Source: Spirochaetia bacterium (GTDB lineage Bacteria > Spirochaetota > Spirochaetia > SZUA-6 > Bin103). Taken from it: a stretch of DNA of 64,000 nucleotides. The notes beneath the pieces were generated by a model. It had not been told where the DNA came from. It did not search any database and saw only the letters and a program-made list of their open reading frames with translations. The stretch covers positions 4,192,001 to 4,256,000 of the forward strand of contig OZ241863.1 in NCBI GenBank assembly GCA_965203055.1, read 5' to 3'. A program made the position numbers and the translations under genes. Shown here piece by piece: positions 8,838 through 18,741 of the stretch; the first letter of the stretch is position 1, and each line of letters begins with the position of its first letter.

Positions 8838-10118
8838 ATGGAGACGGCACTCGGGATCGGCGACATCGCCGCCCACATCCCCCGCCCACTGATCCGGCTG
8901 GAAACGATCATTGCCCGCCACCGGCGGCGTGACCCGCAACGGGCGCAGGCGCTGGAGCGCTCCAGGAAGCGCACCGGCCAGGTGTCGCTCCGCTTTCCCC
9001 ACCGCTGGGAGGACGCCGCGACCATGGCCGCGCAGGCCGCCTTGCAGCTCGTGGCGCGGCTGACTCCCGCGCAGGTCGCCTCGTTGCGCTACCTGGTGGT
9101 GGGTACCGAGACCGGTGTCGATCAATCCAAGCCGATTGCCGCCCACGTGCAGGGCATGCTGCAGCGCGCCGGATGCGCCATTCCGCACGCTGTTTCCACG
9201 TTCGACGTCCAGCACGCCTGCGCCGGCGGAGCGATCGGCCTGGTCAGCGTGGGCGCCCTGTTGCGCGCCGGCGGCGAGCGCGGCGAGCGCGGCCTGATCA
9301 TCTGCACCGACGAGGCGCGCTACCCCCCGGGAAGCGGCGCCGAGCTTACCCAGGGCGCCGCCGCGGTGGCGCTGCTGGTGGAACCCGCCCCGCGGCTGCT
9401 CGAACTCGACTTCGCAGCGATCGGCCACTCCTCGCACGACGTGGACGACTTCTTTCGCCCGCTCGGCTCGGTCACCGCGCGGGTGAAGGGACGGTATTCC
9501 ATCGCCTGCTACCGGCGCGCGGTCGAAGAGGCGCTGCTCGATCTGTGCGCCCGCCGCGGCTGCAGCCTGGCCGCGCTGCTGGAGGAGACCGACCTGTTCG
9601 CGTTGCACGTGCCGTTCCGCTCGCTGCCGGAAGAAACCATGGCCGATCTGGTGCGGCGCCATCTCGGTACCGGCGCGGCCGCCGCAGCCGAGTTCCTGGC
9701 CCGGCGCCGGTTCAGCGCCGGTACGGCGCCGGCCGCGGTTGCGGGCAACGTATACTCGGGCTCGATGTTCCTGAGCCTGGCGGCGTCGCTGGCGGCGCGC
9801 CGCCGGGAGCTGCAGTCCGCGCCGGCGGGCAAACGGGTCATGCTGGTGGCCTACGGGTCCGGCAACACCGCGCTGGCGGTTTCCGGGCGGGTGCGCGGCC
9901 CGGCGCCGGCCGTGATACGCGGCTGGTCCCTGGAGCAGGCGATGAACTGCGGCGCGGGAGCATCGCTGGCGGACTACGACGCCTGGCTCGCCGACCGCCG
10001 CGGCGCCGGGTGGAGCGCCGCGCGGGCGGAGGTCCCGGAGCGCAGCTTCTTCCTGCAGGCGATTCGCGCCGACGGCTACCGTGTGTACGGATTTGCGGAG
10101 CCGGGGCAACCCCGATGA
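8838..10118 (+). CDS. mvaS: Hydroxymethylglutaryl-CoA synthase
   Basis: TETGVDQSK, QHACAGG (catalytic Cys), ELTQGAAAVA, DFFRP, LHVPF, GNVYSGS, YGSG. Confidence 0.85.
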   Translation: METALGIGDIAAHIPRPLIRLETIIARHRRRDPQRAQALERSRKRTGQVSLRFPHRWEDAATMAAQAALQLVARLTPAQVASLRYLVVGTETGVDQSKPIAAHVQGMLQRAGCAIPHAVSTFDVQHACAGGAIGLVSVGALLRAGGERGERGLIICTDEARYPPGSGAELTQGAAAVALLVEPAPRLLELDFAAIGHSSHDVDDFFRPLGSVTARVKGRYSIACYRRAVEEALLDLCARRGCSLAALLEETDLFALHVPFRSLPEETMADLVRRHLGTGAAAAAEFLARRRFSAGTAPAAVAGNVYSGSMFLSLAASLAARRRELQSAPAGKRVMLVAYGSGNTALAVSGRVRGPAPAVIRGWSLEQAMNCGAGASLADYDAWLADRRGAGWSAARAEVPERSFFLQAIRADGYRVYGFAEPGQPR

Positions 10119-11236
10119 CGGAGCCGGGCATGGCTGCCACCGAGATCAGCCGCCGCAAGGAAGACCATCTCGACATCTGTCTCGACGAGCAGCGCTACGC
10201 CGACCCGGCGCTGCGCGGCTCCAGCCTGGATCAGGTGCAGTTGCTGCATCAGGCGCTGCCGGAGGTGGACAGCGCCGGCCTGGACACGGCCCAGCCCTTT
10301 CTGGGCGCCACGCTGCGGCTGCCGCTGATGATCTCCTGCATGACCGGCGGTTCGGGGCGCGGGCGCTCCGCCAACCGGGCGCTGGCGGCGGCGGCGCAAC
10401 GGGCCGGCATCGCCGTCGGGTTGGGGTCGATCCGCCCGCTGCTGCAGGACCCCGCCGCGTTCGCCGACTTCCACGTCAAGCCGCTGGCGCCCGACGTACC
10501 GGTGTTGGCCAACCTCGGCGCAGTGCAGCTCCGCGAGCTGGACGGGCGCACCCTGCGCCGGCTCCTGGAACGGCTGGAGGCGCAGGCCCTGGTAGTGCAT
10601 CTCAACGCCGGCCAGGAGCTGTTTCAACCTGCCGGTGACCGCGACTTCCGCGGCCTGTTTGGCGCCATCGAGCGCGCGGTAGCGGAGTGCGGCCACCCGG
10701 TACTCGTCAAGGAGACCGGATTCGGCATTCGTCCGGGGCTGGTGCGGCGGCTGCTCGGCAGCGGCGTGCGCTACGTCGACCTGGCCGGCGCCGGGGGCAC
10801 CAACTGGGTGCAGGTGGAAGGCCGGCGGCTGACCGGCGACGGTCCGGCGAGCGCCGCCGCGTTCGCCGATTGGGGCCTGCCCACTGCGGTGGTGTTGGCG
10901 CTGCTCGGCGACGTCGGCGGCCGGGTGATCGCCTCCGGCGGCCTGCGCCACGGCGTGCACCTGGCCAAGGCGGTGGCCATGGGCGCGGCCTGCGGCGCCA
11001 TGGCGCTGCCCTTCATCCGCGCCGTGATGGCCGCGGGCAGCGATGGCGCCCTGGCCTTGATCGACCGCCTCGGGCATGAGCTGCGGACCGCCATGACCCT
11101 GTGCGGGGCCGGCTCCCTGGCGGCATTGCGGCGCGTCCCGGTGCTGCAGTCGGCCTCGTTCCGCCACCAGGTGGCGGAGTTGCGGCGCGCCGAGGCGGAG
11201 ATTTCCGGCGCGGCGCGGGAGCCTGCCGGTGGCTGA
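10115..11236 (+). CDS. fni: Type 2 isopentenyl-diphosphate isomerase
   Basis: RKEDH, MTGG, ANLGAVQ, HLNAGQELFQPAGD, VKETGFG, GAGGTNW, ASGGLR. ATGA overlap with mvaS. Confidence 0.93.
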   Translation: MTEPGMAATEISRRKEDHLDICLDEQRYADPALRGSSLDQVQLLHQALPEVDSAGLDTAQPFLGATLRLPLMISCMTGGSGRGRSANRALAAAAQRAGIAVGLGSIRPLLQDPAAFADFHVKPLAPDVPVLANLGAVQLRELDGRTLRRLLERLEAQALVVHLNAGQELFQPAGDRDFRGLFGAIERAVAECGHPVLVKETGFGIRPGLVRRLLGSGVRYVDLAGAGGTNWVQVEGRRLTGDGPASAAAFADWGLPTAVVLALLGDVGGRVIASGGLRHGVHLAKAVAMGAACGAMALPFIRAVMAAGSDGALALIDRLGHELRTAMTLCGAGSLAALRRVPVLQSASFRHQVAELRRAEAEISGAAREPAGG

Positions 11237-12392
11237 GCTGGCCCTGCGCTACGGCGCCAATCCGCACCAGCGGCCGGCGCGGGTGCTGGCCGAGGGGCCG
11301 CTGCCGTTCCGGGTGCTAGGCGGGACCCCGAGCTACGTCAATTTCCTGGACGCCCTCAACTCGTGGCAGCTCGTGCGCGAAGTGCGCGCCGCCACCGGCC
11401 TTCCGGCGGCGGCTTCGTTCAAGCACGTGAGTCCCGCCGGCGTGGCGCTCGGGCGCCCGTTGGCGGCTGCGGAACGACCGGTGTTGGGAGTGGGGGCGGA
11501 GGAACTGTCCGCCCCCGCCGCGGCCTACGCCCGCGCGCGCGGCGCCGACCGCATGAGCTCCTACGGCGATTGGGCGGCGCTCAGCGACGAGGTGGACCAG
11601 GCTGCGGCAGCGCTGCTGAAACGGGAGACGTCCGACGGCATCATCGCTCCCGGATACGCCGCCGCGGCGTTGCCGCTGCTGCGCGCCAAGCGCGGCGGCT
11701 CCTACCGGGTGCTGGCAATCGATCCGCGCTACCGGCCCCCGCGCCGCGAGCGGCGCGAGGTGTTCGGGGTGACCCTGGAGCAACAGCGCAACGACGCGCC
11801 GATCGACGAGGAGCTGCTGGCCGCGATACCCACCGCGGCGCGTGACCTCCCGGCGCACGTCGTGCCCGACATCCTGCTGGCGCTGATCACCCTCAAGTAC
11901 ACGCAGTCCAATTCGGTGTGCATCGTGTACCGCGGCCAGACCATCGGCATCGGCGCCGGCCAGCAGTCGCGCATTCACTGCACCCAGTTGGCGGTGGAGA
12001 AGGCCGGCGCCTGGTACCTGCGCTTTCACCCGGCGCTGCGCGAGGTGCGGTTCCGTCCCGGGGTGCGGCGGCATGACCGCGACACCTGGACGATGCAGTA
12101 CGTTGGCGGGGTGCGGGCGGCCGACGACGCCTGGCTGCGCGCCCAGGTGGAGCGCATGCCGGCGCCGCTGAGCCCGGCCGCGCGGCGCGAGTGGCTGGCC
12201 GGCATGGACGGCGCGGTGCTGGCGTCGGACGGCTTCTTCCCGCATCGGGACAGTATCGACGTCGCCCGGCGCAGCGGCGTACGCTACGTGGTGCAGCCGG
12301 GCGGGTCGGTGCGCGACGCCGAGGTGGTGCGGGCCTGCGACGAGCATGGGCTGGTGATGGTGATGACCGGGCTGCGCCTGTTCCATCACTGA
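11229..12392 (+). CDS. purH: Monofunctional AICAR transformylase (PurH C-terminal domain only)
   Basis: Starts at LRYGANPHQ; SFKHVSPAG, KYTQSNSV, GQQSRIHC, SDGFFP, QPGGSVRD, RLFHH. Lacks the IMP cyclohydrolase domain. Confidence 0.88.
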   Translation: MAELALRYGANPHQRPARVLAEGPLPFRVLGGTPSYVNFLDALNSWQLVREVRAATGLPAAASFKHVSPAGVALGRPLAAAERPVLGVGAEELSAPAAAYARARGADRMSSYGDWAALSDEVDQAAAALLKRETSDGIIAPGYAAAALPLLRAKRGGSYRVLAIDPRYRPPRRERREVFGVTLEQQRNDAPIDEELLAAIPTAARDLPAHVVPDILLALITLKYTQSNSVCIVYRGQTIGIGAGQQSRIHCTQLAVEKAGAWYLRFHPALREVRFRPGVRRHDRDTWTMQYVGGVRAADDAWLRAQVERMPAPLSPAARREWLAGMDGAVLASDGFFPHRDSIDVARRSGVRYVVQPGGSVRDAEVVRACDEHGLVMVMTGLRLFHH

Positions 12393-12406
12393 CGGAGGGC
12401 GCGACG

Positions 12407-14173
12407 ATGGGTAACGGCGACGGTATGGTACGCGTGGCCACGCTGGCCGAGCTGCGGCGGCAGGGCGTGATCGTGACTCGGGCCGGGGCGCGGGCGGTGG
12501 CGGTGTTCGCCGCCGATGAGCGCGTCTACGCGCTGGACAACCGCTGCCCGCACCTGGGCTTTCCCCTCGATCGGGGCAGCGTGCGGGACGGCATCCTGAC
12601 CTGCCACTGGCACGAGGCGCGCTTCGAGCTTGGCAGCGGCTGCACCTTCGATCTGTGGGCCGACGATGCCATTACCTACGCTACCGAGGTGCGCGGCGAC
12701 AGCGTGTGGGTGGCGCCGCGGCCGCGCCGGACGCGTGACGCCGCCTGGCACCGGCGGCGCCTGCGGCGCGGCATGGAGCAGGGCGTGGGCCTGGTGCAGG
12801 CCAAGAGCCTGAGCAGTCTGCTGGCCGGCGGCGAGGAGTTGGCCGCGATCGTGGCCGGCGTGGTCGACTACGCGGCGGCCAACGTCACCGGCTTCGGCGA
12901 GGGCATGGTGCGTCTGACCTGCGTCGCCCGCCTGGCGCCCTGCCTGAGCCGCGACCACCTCTACCTGGGGCTGAGCTACGCCGTGCGCCAGCTCGCCGCG
13001 GAGGCCAACGCCGGCCCCGCGCGGCGGCCGCGCGATCCGTTGGCCGGCCCGGCCTCCGGCAGCGCGCTGCAGGGCTGGCTGCGGCAGTGGGTGCGTACCC
13101 GCCACCGCGACGCGGTCGAGCGCACCCTGCTTACCGGCGTGGCCAACCGGCTGCCGCCGGCGGAGCTGGCCGAGCTGCTGTACGGCGCCGCCGCGGAGCG
13201 TCTCTATGCCAACACCGGCCACCTGTTCGACGCCTGCAACAAGGCGCTGGAGCTGGGTGAGGTGCTGGCCGGAGCCGGCCCCCCGGACCTGTTGGCGCTG
13301 GTGGCCCCGAGCCTGGCCGCGGCGCGCGGCGCGGAGGAGTCCACGCCGTGGCATCACCCGGTGGCGATCGTGGCCGCGGTGCGCGCCGCCGAGAGCCGGC
13401 TGCCGGCGGTAGCGGGCGGCGGCCCCGCGCTGCTGCCCGCGGCGGCTGAAGACGCCCTGGTGGAGCAGGTGCTGGCCGGCGATCCGGCGGCGGTGATCGC
13501 CGCGCTGGAGACGGCCCTGCGGGACGGCGCGGCGCCGGCCGCGGTGGGGGCCGCGGTCACCCGCGCCGCCGGCTTGCGGCTGGCGCGCTTCGCCACTTCC
13601 AACGAAGTCAGCGACTGGTTCAATCCGCAGCACACCTTCATCTTCTGCAACGCGGTGCAGCAGGCCTTGCTGCGCACCACCGCGCCGGCGGTGGTGCGGG
13701 CGTTGTTCCAGGCGGCAATCGCGGTCTACATGGACCGCTACCTCAACGTGCCGCCGGCCCGGCTGCCGGCCGAACGGGACGCGGTGCGGGCGGTGCCGGC
13801 GGGCGGCGGCGGCGCGCTGCTCGACGAGCTGCTGCGCCTGCTCGACAACCGCGCCGAAGTGGAGCGCGCCGCGGAGCTGGTCAGTGGGTACCTGCGCGCC
13901 CCGGCCGGCGATTGGCGCGCTCACTTCGGGCGCCTGGTGGACACGCTGGCCTTTGCCACGCTGCGCGAGGACCTCGACTTTCATACCCTGCAGGTGTTGG
14001 AGGCGGCGGTCACGCAGGTCGCCGCGCGCGGCAACGACGCCGGCGCGGAGCAGATCATGACCGGGGTGGTGCGCAACCTCGCCGCCCACTGCCCGACGCG
14101 GCGCGCCGGCTACCAGACCGCGATGATCGCGCGCCGCCTGCAGCGCGGCGAGGAGCTGTACGCGGCCGGATGA
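12407..14173 (+). CDS. Rieske (2Fe-2S) domain protein with long helical C-terminal region
   Basis: DNRCPHLGFPL...CHWHEARF ligand motifs; GGAGG RBS. Confidence 0.85.
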   Translation: MGNGDGMVRVATLAELRRQGVIVTRAGARAVAVFAADERVYALDNRCPHLGFPLDRGSVRDGILTCHWHEARFELGSGCTFDLWADDAITYATEVRGDSVWVAPRPRRTRDAAWHRRRLRRGMEQGVGLVQAKSLSSLLAGGEELAAIVAGVVDYAAANVTGFGEGMVRLTCVARLAPCLSRDHLYLGLSYAVRQLAAEANAGPARRPRDPLAGPASGSALQGWLRQWVRTRHRDAVERTLLTGVANRLPPAELAELLYGAAAERLYANTGHLFDACNKALELGEVLAGAGPPDLLALVAPSLAAARGAEESTPWHHPVAIVAAVRAAESRLPAVAGGGPALLPAAAEDALVEQVLAGDPAAVIAALETALRDGAAPAAVGAAVTRAAGLRLARFATSNEVSDWFNPQHTFIFCNAVQQALLRTTAPAVVRALFQAAIAVYMDRYLNVPPARLPAERDAVRAVPAGGGGALLDELLRLLDNRAEVERAAELVSGYLRAPAGDWRAHFGRLVDTLAFATLREDLDFHTLQVLEAAVTQVAARGNDAGAEQIMTGVVRNLAAHCPTRRAGYQTAMIARRLQRGEELYAAG

Positions 14174-14214
14174 ATGATACGCGCACCGGGTGGTCGGGGT
14201 GAACGTGGGTCGGG

Positions 14215-15204
14215 GTGAACGTGGCCGGCGACAGCGAAACTGCCGCGGCTGACCTCCGGCGCCCGCGGGCGCCGCGCCTGGACGCGATTCTGGGCCGGCG
14301 CTGGCCGGTACTGGATGACGGCTGCGTGCGGGTGGTGGACTACATGGGCAGCGACGCCGCCATCGTCCAGGCGGCGCGAGTCTCCTACGGCGCCGGCACC
14401 AGGCAGGTCAGCGACGACCGCACCCTGATCCGCTACCTGATGCGCCACCGCCATACCACCCCGTTCGAGATGTGCGAGATCAAGCTGCACGTGCGCGCGC
14501 CGATGGACTGCTGGCGGCAATGGATCCGGCACCGCACCGCCAACGTGAACGAATACTCCACCCGCTACTCGGAGGCGATCGATGCAGCCAGCCGCACCCG
14601 CCCCGGACAGTGGCGGCGGCAGTCGGACGCCAACCGCCAGGGCTCGGCGGGGAGCATCGAGCCCGAGGTTGGCGCGCGCCTTTCCGCCGCCGAGCAGGAG
14701 TTTCAGCAGCGCGCGCGGGAGCTGTATCAGGAGCGTCTGAACGCCGGCGTGGCGCGCGAACAGGCGCGCAAGGAGCTGCCGCTGTCCACCTACACCGAGG
14801 CCTACTGGAAGATCGACCTGCACAACCTGCTCCACTTCCTGGGTCTGCGCGCCGACTCCCACGCGCAGGCCGAGATCCGCTCCTATGCGGAAGTGATCGG
14901 GGAGCAGATCGTGAGCCGCTGGGTGCCGGTTACCTGGGAGGCGTACCTCGACTACCGCGCCGGCGCGCTGCTCTTGACGCGCATCGAGCGCGAGCTCGTG
15001 GCCTGCCTGAATCAGGGACGGCGCCGGGACGCGCTGCGCCTGGCCGAACAGGCGGGTTGGCTGCGCCCGCGCGCGGCCGCGCAGTCCGGCGCCGCGCGCC
15101 GCCCCGGACTGCGCCGCAACCGCGAGCGCGGCGAAGCCGAGGAGAAGCTGGCGCGGCTCGGCCTGACCGCCCCCTGGCAGGAACCGCCGGCTGACCAAAG
15201 CTGA
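14215..15204 (+). CDS. thyX: FAD-dependent thymidylate synthase
   Basis: AARVSY, HTTPFE, RHRTANVNEYSTRY, HAQAEIR. Confidence 0.95.
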   Translation: MNVAGDSETAAADLRRPRAPRLDAILGRRWPVLDDGCVRVVDYMGSDAAIVQAARVSYGAGTRQVSDDRTLIRYLMRHRHTTPFEMCEIKLHVRAPMDCWRQWIRHRTANVNEYSTRYSEAIDAASRTRPGQWRRQSDANRQGSAGSIEPEVGARLSAAEQEFQQRARELYQERLNAGVAREQARKELPLSTYTEAYWKIDLHNLLHFLGLRADSHAQAEIRSYAEVIGEQIVSRWVPVTWEAYLDYRAGALLLTRIERELVACLNQGRRRDALRLAEQAGWLRPRAAAQSGAARRPGLRRNRERGEAEEKLARLGLTAPWQEPPADQS

Positions 15205-15283
15205 ATCCAAGGCCGGCGCCTTCCACGGAATTGCCGGATGAATTAACTCTGTCTGTTACTTGTCGTAGTAAGCGGATATTATC

Positions 15284-16453
15284 TTGGAGGCGCGTGATGG
15301 CGGAGAGTATGGCAGCATTCTGCGCGGGGACCCGTTGGCGCCTGCGGTAGCCCCGGCGCGCGGCGCTGCTCCCTACGTCGAGTTCGAGGCGGTCGACAAG
15401 AGTTACGACGGCCATACGCCGGTGGTGCGGGAGCTGAACCTGAGCGTGCGCGAAGGGGAGTTCCTGACCCTGCTGGGGCCGTCCGGCTCCGGCAAGACCA
15501 CCTGCCTGATGATGCTGGCGGGGTTCGAGATGCCGTCCGCCGGCAGCATCCGCATCGCCGGGCGCTCGGTGCACGATCTGCCGCCGCGGCAGCGCAACAT
15601 CGGTATGGTGTTCCAGAACTACGCGCTGTTCCCGCATCTGACGGTGGAACGGAACCTGGCCTTTCCGCTGGAAGTGCGCCGGATCGCGCCCGCGCAGCGC
15701 CGCGAGCGCGTGCGCCGGGCGCTGCAGTTGGTGCGGCTGGAGGGGTTCGAGCAGCGCCGCCCCGCGGAGCTGTCGGGCGGCCAGCAGCAGCGCGTGGCCA
15801 TTGCCCGCGCGCTGGTGTTCGAGCCGAGCCTGGTGCTGATGGACGAGCCGCTCGGCGCGCTCGACCGCAACCTGCGCGAGGAGATGCAGTACGAGATCCG
15901 CCGCATCCACCGCCGCCTCGGCGTCACCATCGTCTACGTTACCCACGACCAGCAGGAAGCGATGGTGATGTCGGACCGCATCGCCGTGTTCCACCGCGGG
16001 CGCGTGCAGCAGGTGGCGCCGCCGGAGACCCTCTACGAGGAGCCGGAGCGGGCGTTCGTGGCGCGCTTCATCGGCGGCAACAACCTGTTGCGCGGGCGGG
16101 TGGCGGCGGTGGACGGCGACTACTGCCGGGTCGACGTGGGCGGGCGCCCGGTGGTGGCGCTGCGGGTGGCGGCCTGCGTTCCGGGCGACGAGGTCACGGT
16201 GGCGGTGCGCCCGGAACGGGTCGGGGTGGCGGCCGGCGCCCGCGTCTATCGCAATCAGGTCCCCGCGCGCGTCGAGCTGATGACGTTCCTGGGCGACCAC
16301 CTGTTGATCCACGCGGTGGTGGACGGCCGCACCCGCTACCTGCTGCGGATTCCGAACCTCGTCGGGCACGGCGCGATGCTCGAGGGCGACGAAATCGAAA
16401 TTGGATGGGCGGCGGCCGATTGCCGCGCATTGGACCTTGAGGAAGATCACTGA
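15284..16453 (+). CDS. ABC transporter ATP-binding protein, PotA-like (start uncertain)
   Basis: GPSGSGKT, LSGGQQQR, LMDEPLGALD, C-terminal TOBE-like region. Confidence 0.92.
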   Translation: MEARDGGEYGSILRGDPLAPAVAPARGAAPYVEFEAVDKSYDGHTPVVRELNLSVREGEFLTLLGPSGSGKTTCLMMLAGFEMPSAGSIRIAGRSVHDLPPRQRNIGMVFQNYALFPHLTVERNLAFPLEVRRIAPAQRRERVRRALQLVRLEGFEQRRPAELSGGQQQRVAIARALVFEPSLVLMDEPLGALDRNLREEMQYEIRRIHRRLGVTIVYVTHDQQEAMVMSDRIAVFHRGRVQQVAPPETLYEEPERAFVARFIGGNNLLRGRVAAVDGDYCRVDVGGRPVVALRVAACVPGDEVTVAVRPERVGVAAGARVYRNQVPARVELMTFLGDHLLIHAVVDGRTRYLLRIPNLVGHGAMLEGDEIEIGWAAADCRALDLEEDH

Positions 16454-16474
16454 AGAAGAAAGGGGCGTAACACG

Positions 16475-17557
16475 ATGACCAAACGGTTGCTGACGCTGGC
16501 GCTGCTGATCGGCGCGCTGGCCGGGTTCTCCGCGGGTGCGGAAGAAAAGCTCACCATGGTGTCCTGGGGCGGCGCGTACGGCCGCGCCACCCGGCTGGCG
16601 CTGCTGGAGCCGTTCGCGGCCGCCAGCGGGGTCGCCGCAAGCATGGACGACTTCAACGGCGGCCTGGCCGAGATTCGCGCGCAGGTCGAAACCGGCAACG
16701 TGCATTGGGACGTGGTGGACCTGGAGTCGTCCGACGCGGTGCGCGGCTGCGACGAAGGGCTGCTGGAGGTGATCCCGCCGGCGGCGGCGTTCCCGGCTGA
16801 GGACAGCGCCCGGGCGGCGCAGGACTTCCTGCCCGGGATGCTGTCCGAGTGCGGCGTCGGGTTGATAGTATACAGCACCATCTACGCCTATCGGACCGAT
16901 CGCTTCGCGGGTGAGGCGCCCGCCACCATGGCCGACTTCTTCGACCTGGACCGGTTTCCGGGCCGGCGCGGCCTGCGGCGTTCGCCGTACGGCAACCTGG
17001 AGTTCGCGCTGGTAGCCGACGGGGTACCGGTAGACGAGGTGTATGAGACCCTGAGCGCTCCCGGCGGCGTGGAGCGCGCGTTTCGCAAGCTGGATACGAT
17101 CAAGGAGCACGTCGTGTGGTGGGAGGCCGGCGCCCAGCCGCCGCAGATGCTGGCCGACGGCGAGGTGGTCATGACTACCGCCTACAACGGCCGCATCTTC
17201 GACGCCCAGGTGGTGGAGCAGCAGCCGTTCCGGATCGTCTGGGATGGTCAGATCCTGGATCATTCCCAGCTCGCGATCGTCGCCGGGGCGCCGAATCTGG
17301 ACGCGGCGTTCGACTTCATCGCGTTTGCGGCGCGCCCGGAATCGATGGCCGGGATGAGCCGCTACATCTCCTACAGCCCGGCGCGGCGTTCGGCGCAGCG
17401 CCTGGTGAGCACTCACCTCGAGACCGGGGTCGAGATGGCGCCGCACCTGCCGGTCTCTCCGGCCCGCGTGGAGCGGTCGGTGTTTACCGACTGGACCTGG
17501 TGGGCGGATTACGGCGACGAGGTGAGCGAGCGCTTCGGAGCGTGGCTGGCGCGGTGA
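16475..17557 (+). CDS. Polyamine-type ABC transporter substrate-binding protein
   Basis: Signal peptide, VSWGGAY, WDVVD, AYNGRI. Confidence 0.88.
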   Translation: MTKRLLTLALLIGALAGFSAGAEEKLTMVSWGGAYGRATRLALLEPFAAASGVAASMDDFNGGLAEIRAQVETGNVHWDVVDLESSDAVRGCDEGLLEVIPPAAAFPAEDSARAAQDFLPGMLSECGVGLIVYSTIYAYRTDRFAGEAPATMADFFDLDRFPGRRGLRRSPYGNLEFALVADGVPVDEVYETLSAPGGVERAFRKLDTIKEHVVWWEAGAQPPQMLADGEVVMTTAYNGRIFDAQVVEQQPFRIVWDGQILDHSQLAIVAGAPNLDAAFDFIAFAARPESMAGMSRYISYSPARRSAQRLVSTHLETGVEMAPHLPVSPARVERSVFTDWTWWADYGDEVSERFGAWLAR

Positions 17558-18738
17558 CCGGCGCCCGGCTGCGGGCGGCCGCGCTGGTGGCGCCGCTGGC
17601 GGCCTTCATCGCGGTAACGTTCCTGGCGCCGCTGGCCACCATGCTGGTGCGCAGCGTCTACGACCCGGTGGTCGGCGACGCGCTGCCGGACACCCTGGCG
17701 CTGCTGCGCGGCTGGGACGGAACCGGCGCCCCGCCGGAGGCGGCGTTCGCCGCCGCTGCGCGGGAGCTGGTTGCCGCGCGCGAGCAGCGCACGCTGGGCC
17801 AGGTGGCGACGCGCGTGAACCGCGTGCAGGCGGGGCTGCGCAGCGTCTTCACCCGCAGCGTGCGCCGGCTGCGCGGGGCGGAAGCCGATTCCTGGCAGGC
17901 GGCGATGGTGGCGGCCGACGCCGCCTGGGGCGAGGCCGCCACTTGGCGGGCGCTGCAGCGCGCCGGCCAGCGCTGGACGCTGCGCCACTACTTGAACGCG
18001 GTCGACCGCGACCGCGCCGCGGATGGCAGCGTGGTCCGCCAGCCGGAGGAGCGGCGCATCTATCTGCAGCTCTTTTGGCGCACCCTGCAGGTCAGCGTCG
18101 CCGTCACCGCGCTGTGCCTGCTGTTGGGCTATCCGCTGGCCTACCTGATCGCCCACGCGCCGCCGCGCCGCGCCGCGCTGCTGCTGGTGGCCGTGCTGCT
18201 GCCGTTCTGGACCTCGCTGCTGGTGCGCACGACGGCGTGGATCGTGCTGCTGCAGACCCAGGGGGTGATCAACGACCTGCTGGTGGGGCTGGGGCTGGTC
18301 GGCGACGACCGGCGGCTGGAACTGGTCTACAACATGACCGGCACGCTGATCGCCATGACCCACGTGCTGCTGCCGTTCATGGTGCTGTCGCTCTTTTCGG
18401 TGATGCGCACCATCAATCCGTGGTATCTGCGCGCCGCGGCGTCGCTCGGCGCCGGGCCGGTGCAGGCGTTTTGGCGCGTCTACTGGCCGCAATCGCTCCC
18501 CGGGGTCGGCGCCGGGGCGCTCCTGGTGTTCATCATGGCGCTCGGCTACTACATCACCCCGGCGCTGGTCGGCGGGCGCAGCGGGCAACTGATCTCCAAT
18601 CTGATCGCCTACCACATGCAGGAGTCCCTCAATTGGGGATTGGCCGCGGCGTTGGGCGCCATTCTGCTGCTGTGCGTGTTGCTGCTGTACGTCGTGTATG
18701 ACCGCGTGGTCGGCATCAACCGGCTGCGCCTGGGCTGA
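17554..18738 (+). CDS. ABC transporter permease, PotB-like
   Basis: LPFWTSLLVR, AAASLGA EAA loop, YYITPALVGG. GTGA overlap. Confidence 0.9.
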   Translation: MTGARLRAAALVAPLAAFIAVTFLAPLATMLVRSVYDPVVGDALPDTLALLRGWDGTGAPPEAAFAAAARELVAAREQRTLGQVATRVNRVQAGLRSVFTRSVRRLRGAEADSWQAAMVAADAAWGEAATWRALQRAGQRWTLRHYLNAVDRDRAADGSVVRQPEERRIYLQLFWRTLQVSVAVTALCLLLGYPLAYLIAHAPPRRAALLLVAVLLPFWTSLLVRTTAWIVLLQTQGVINDLLVGLGLVGDDRRLELVYNMTGTLIAMTHVLLPFMVLSLFSVMRTINPWYLRAAASLGAGPVQAFWRVYWPQSLPGVGAGALLVFIMALGYYITPALVGGRSGQLISNLIAYHMQESLNWGLAAALGAILLLCVLLLYVVYDRVVGINRLRLG

Positions 18739-18741
18739 CCG

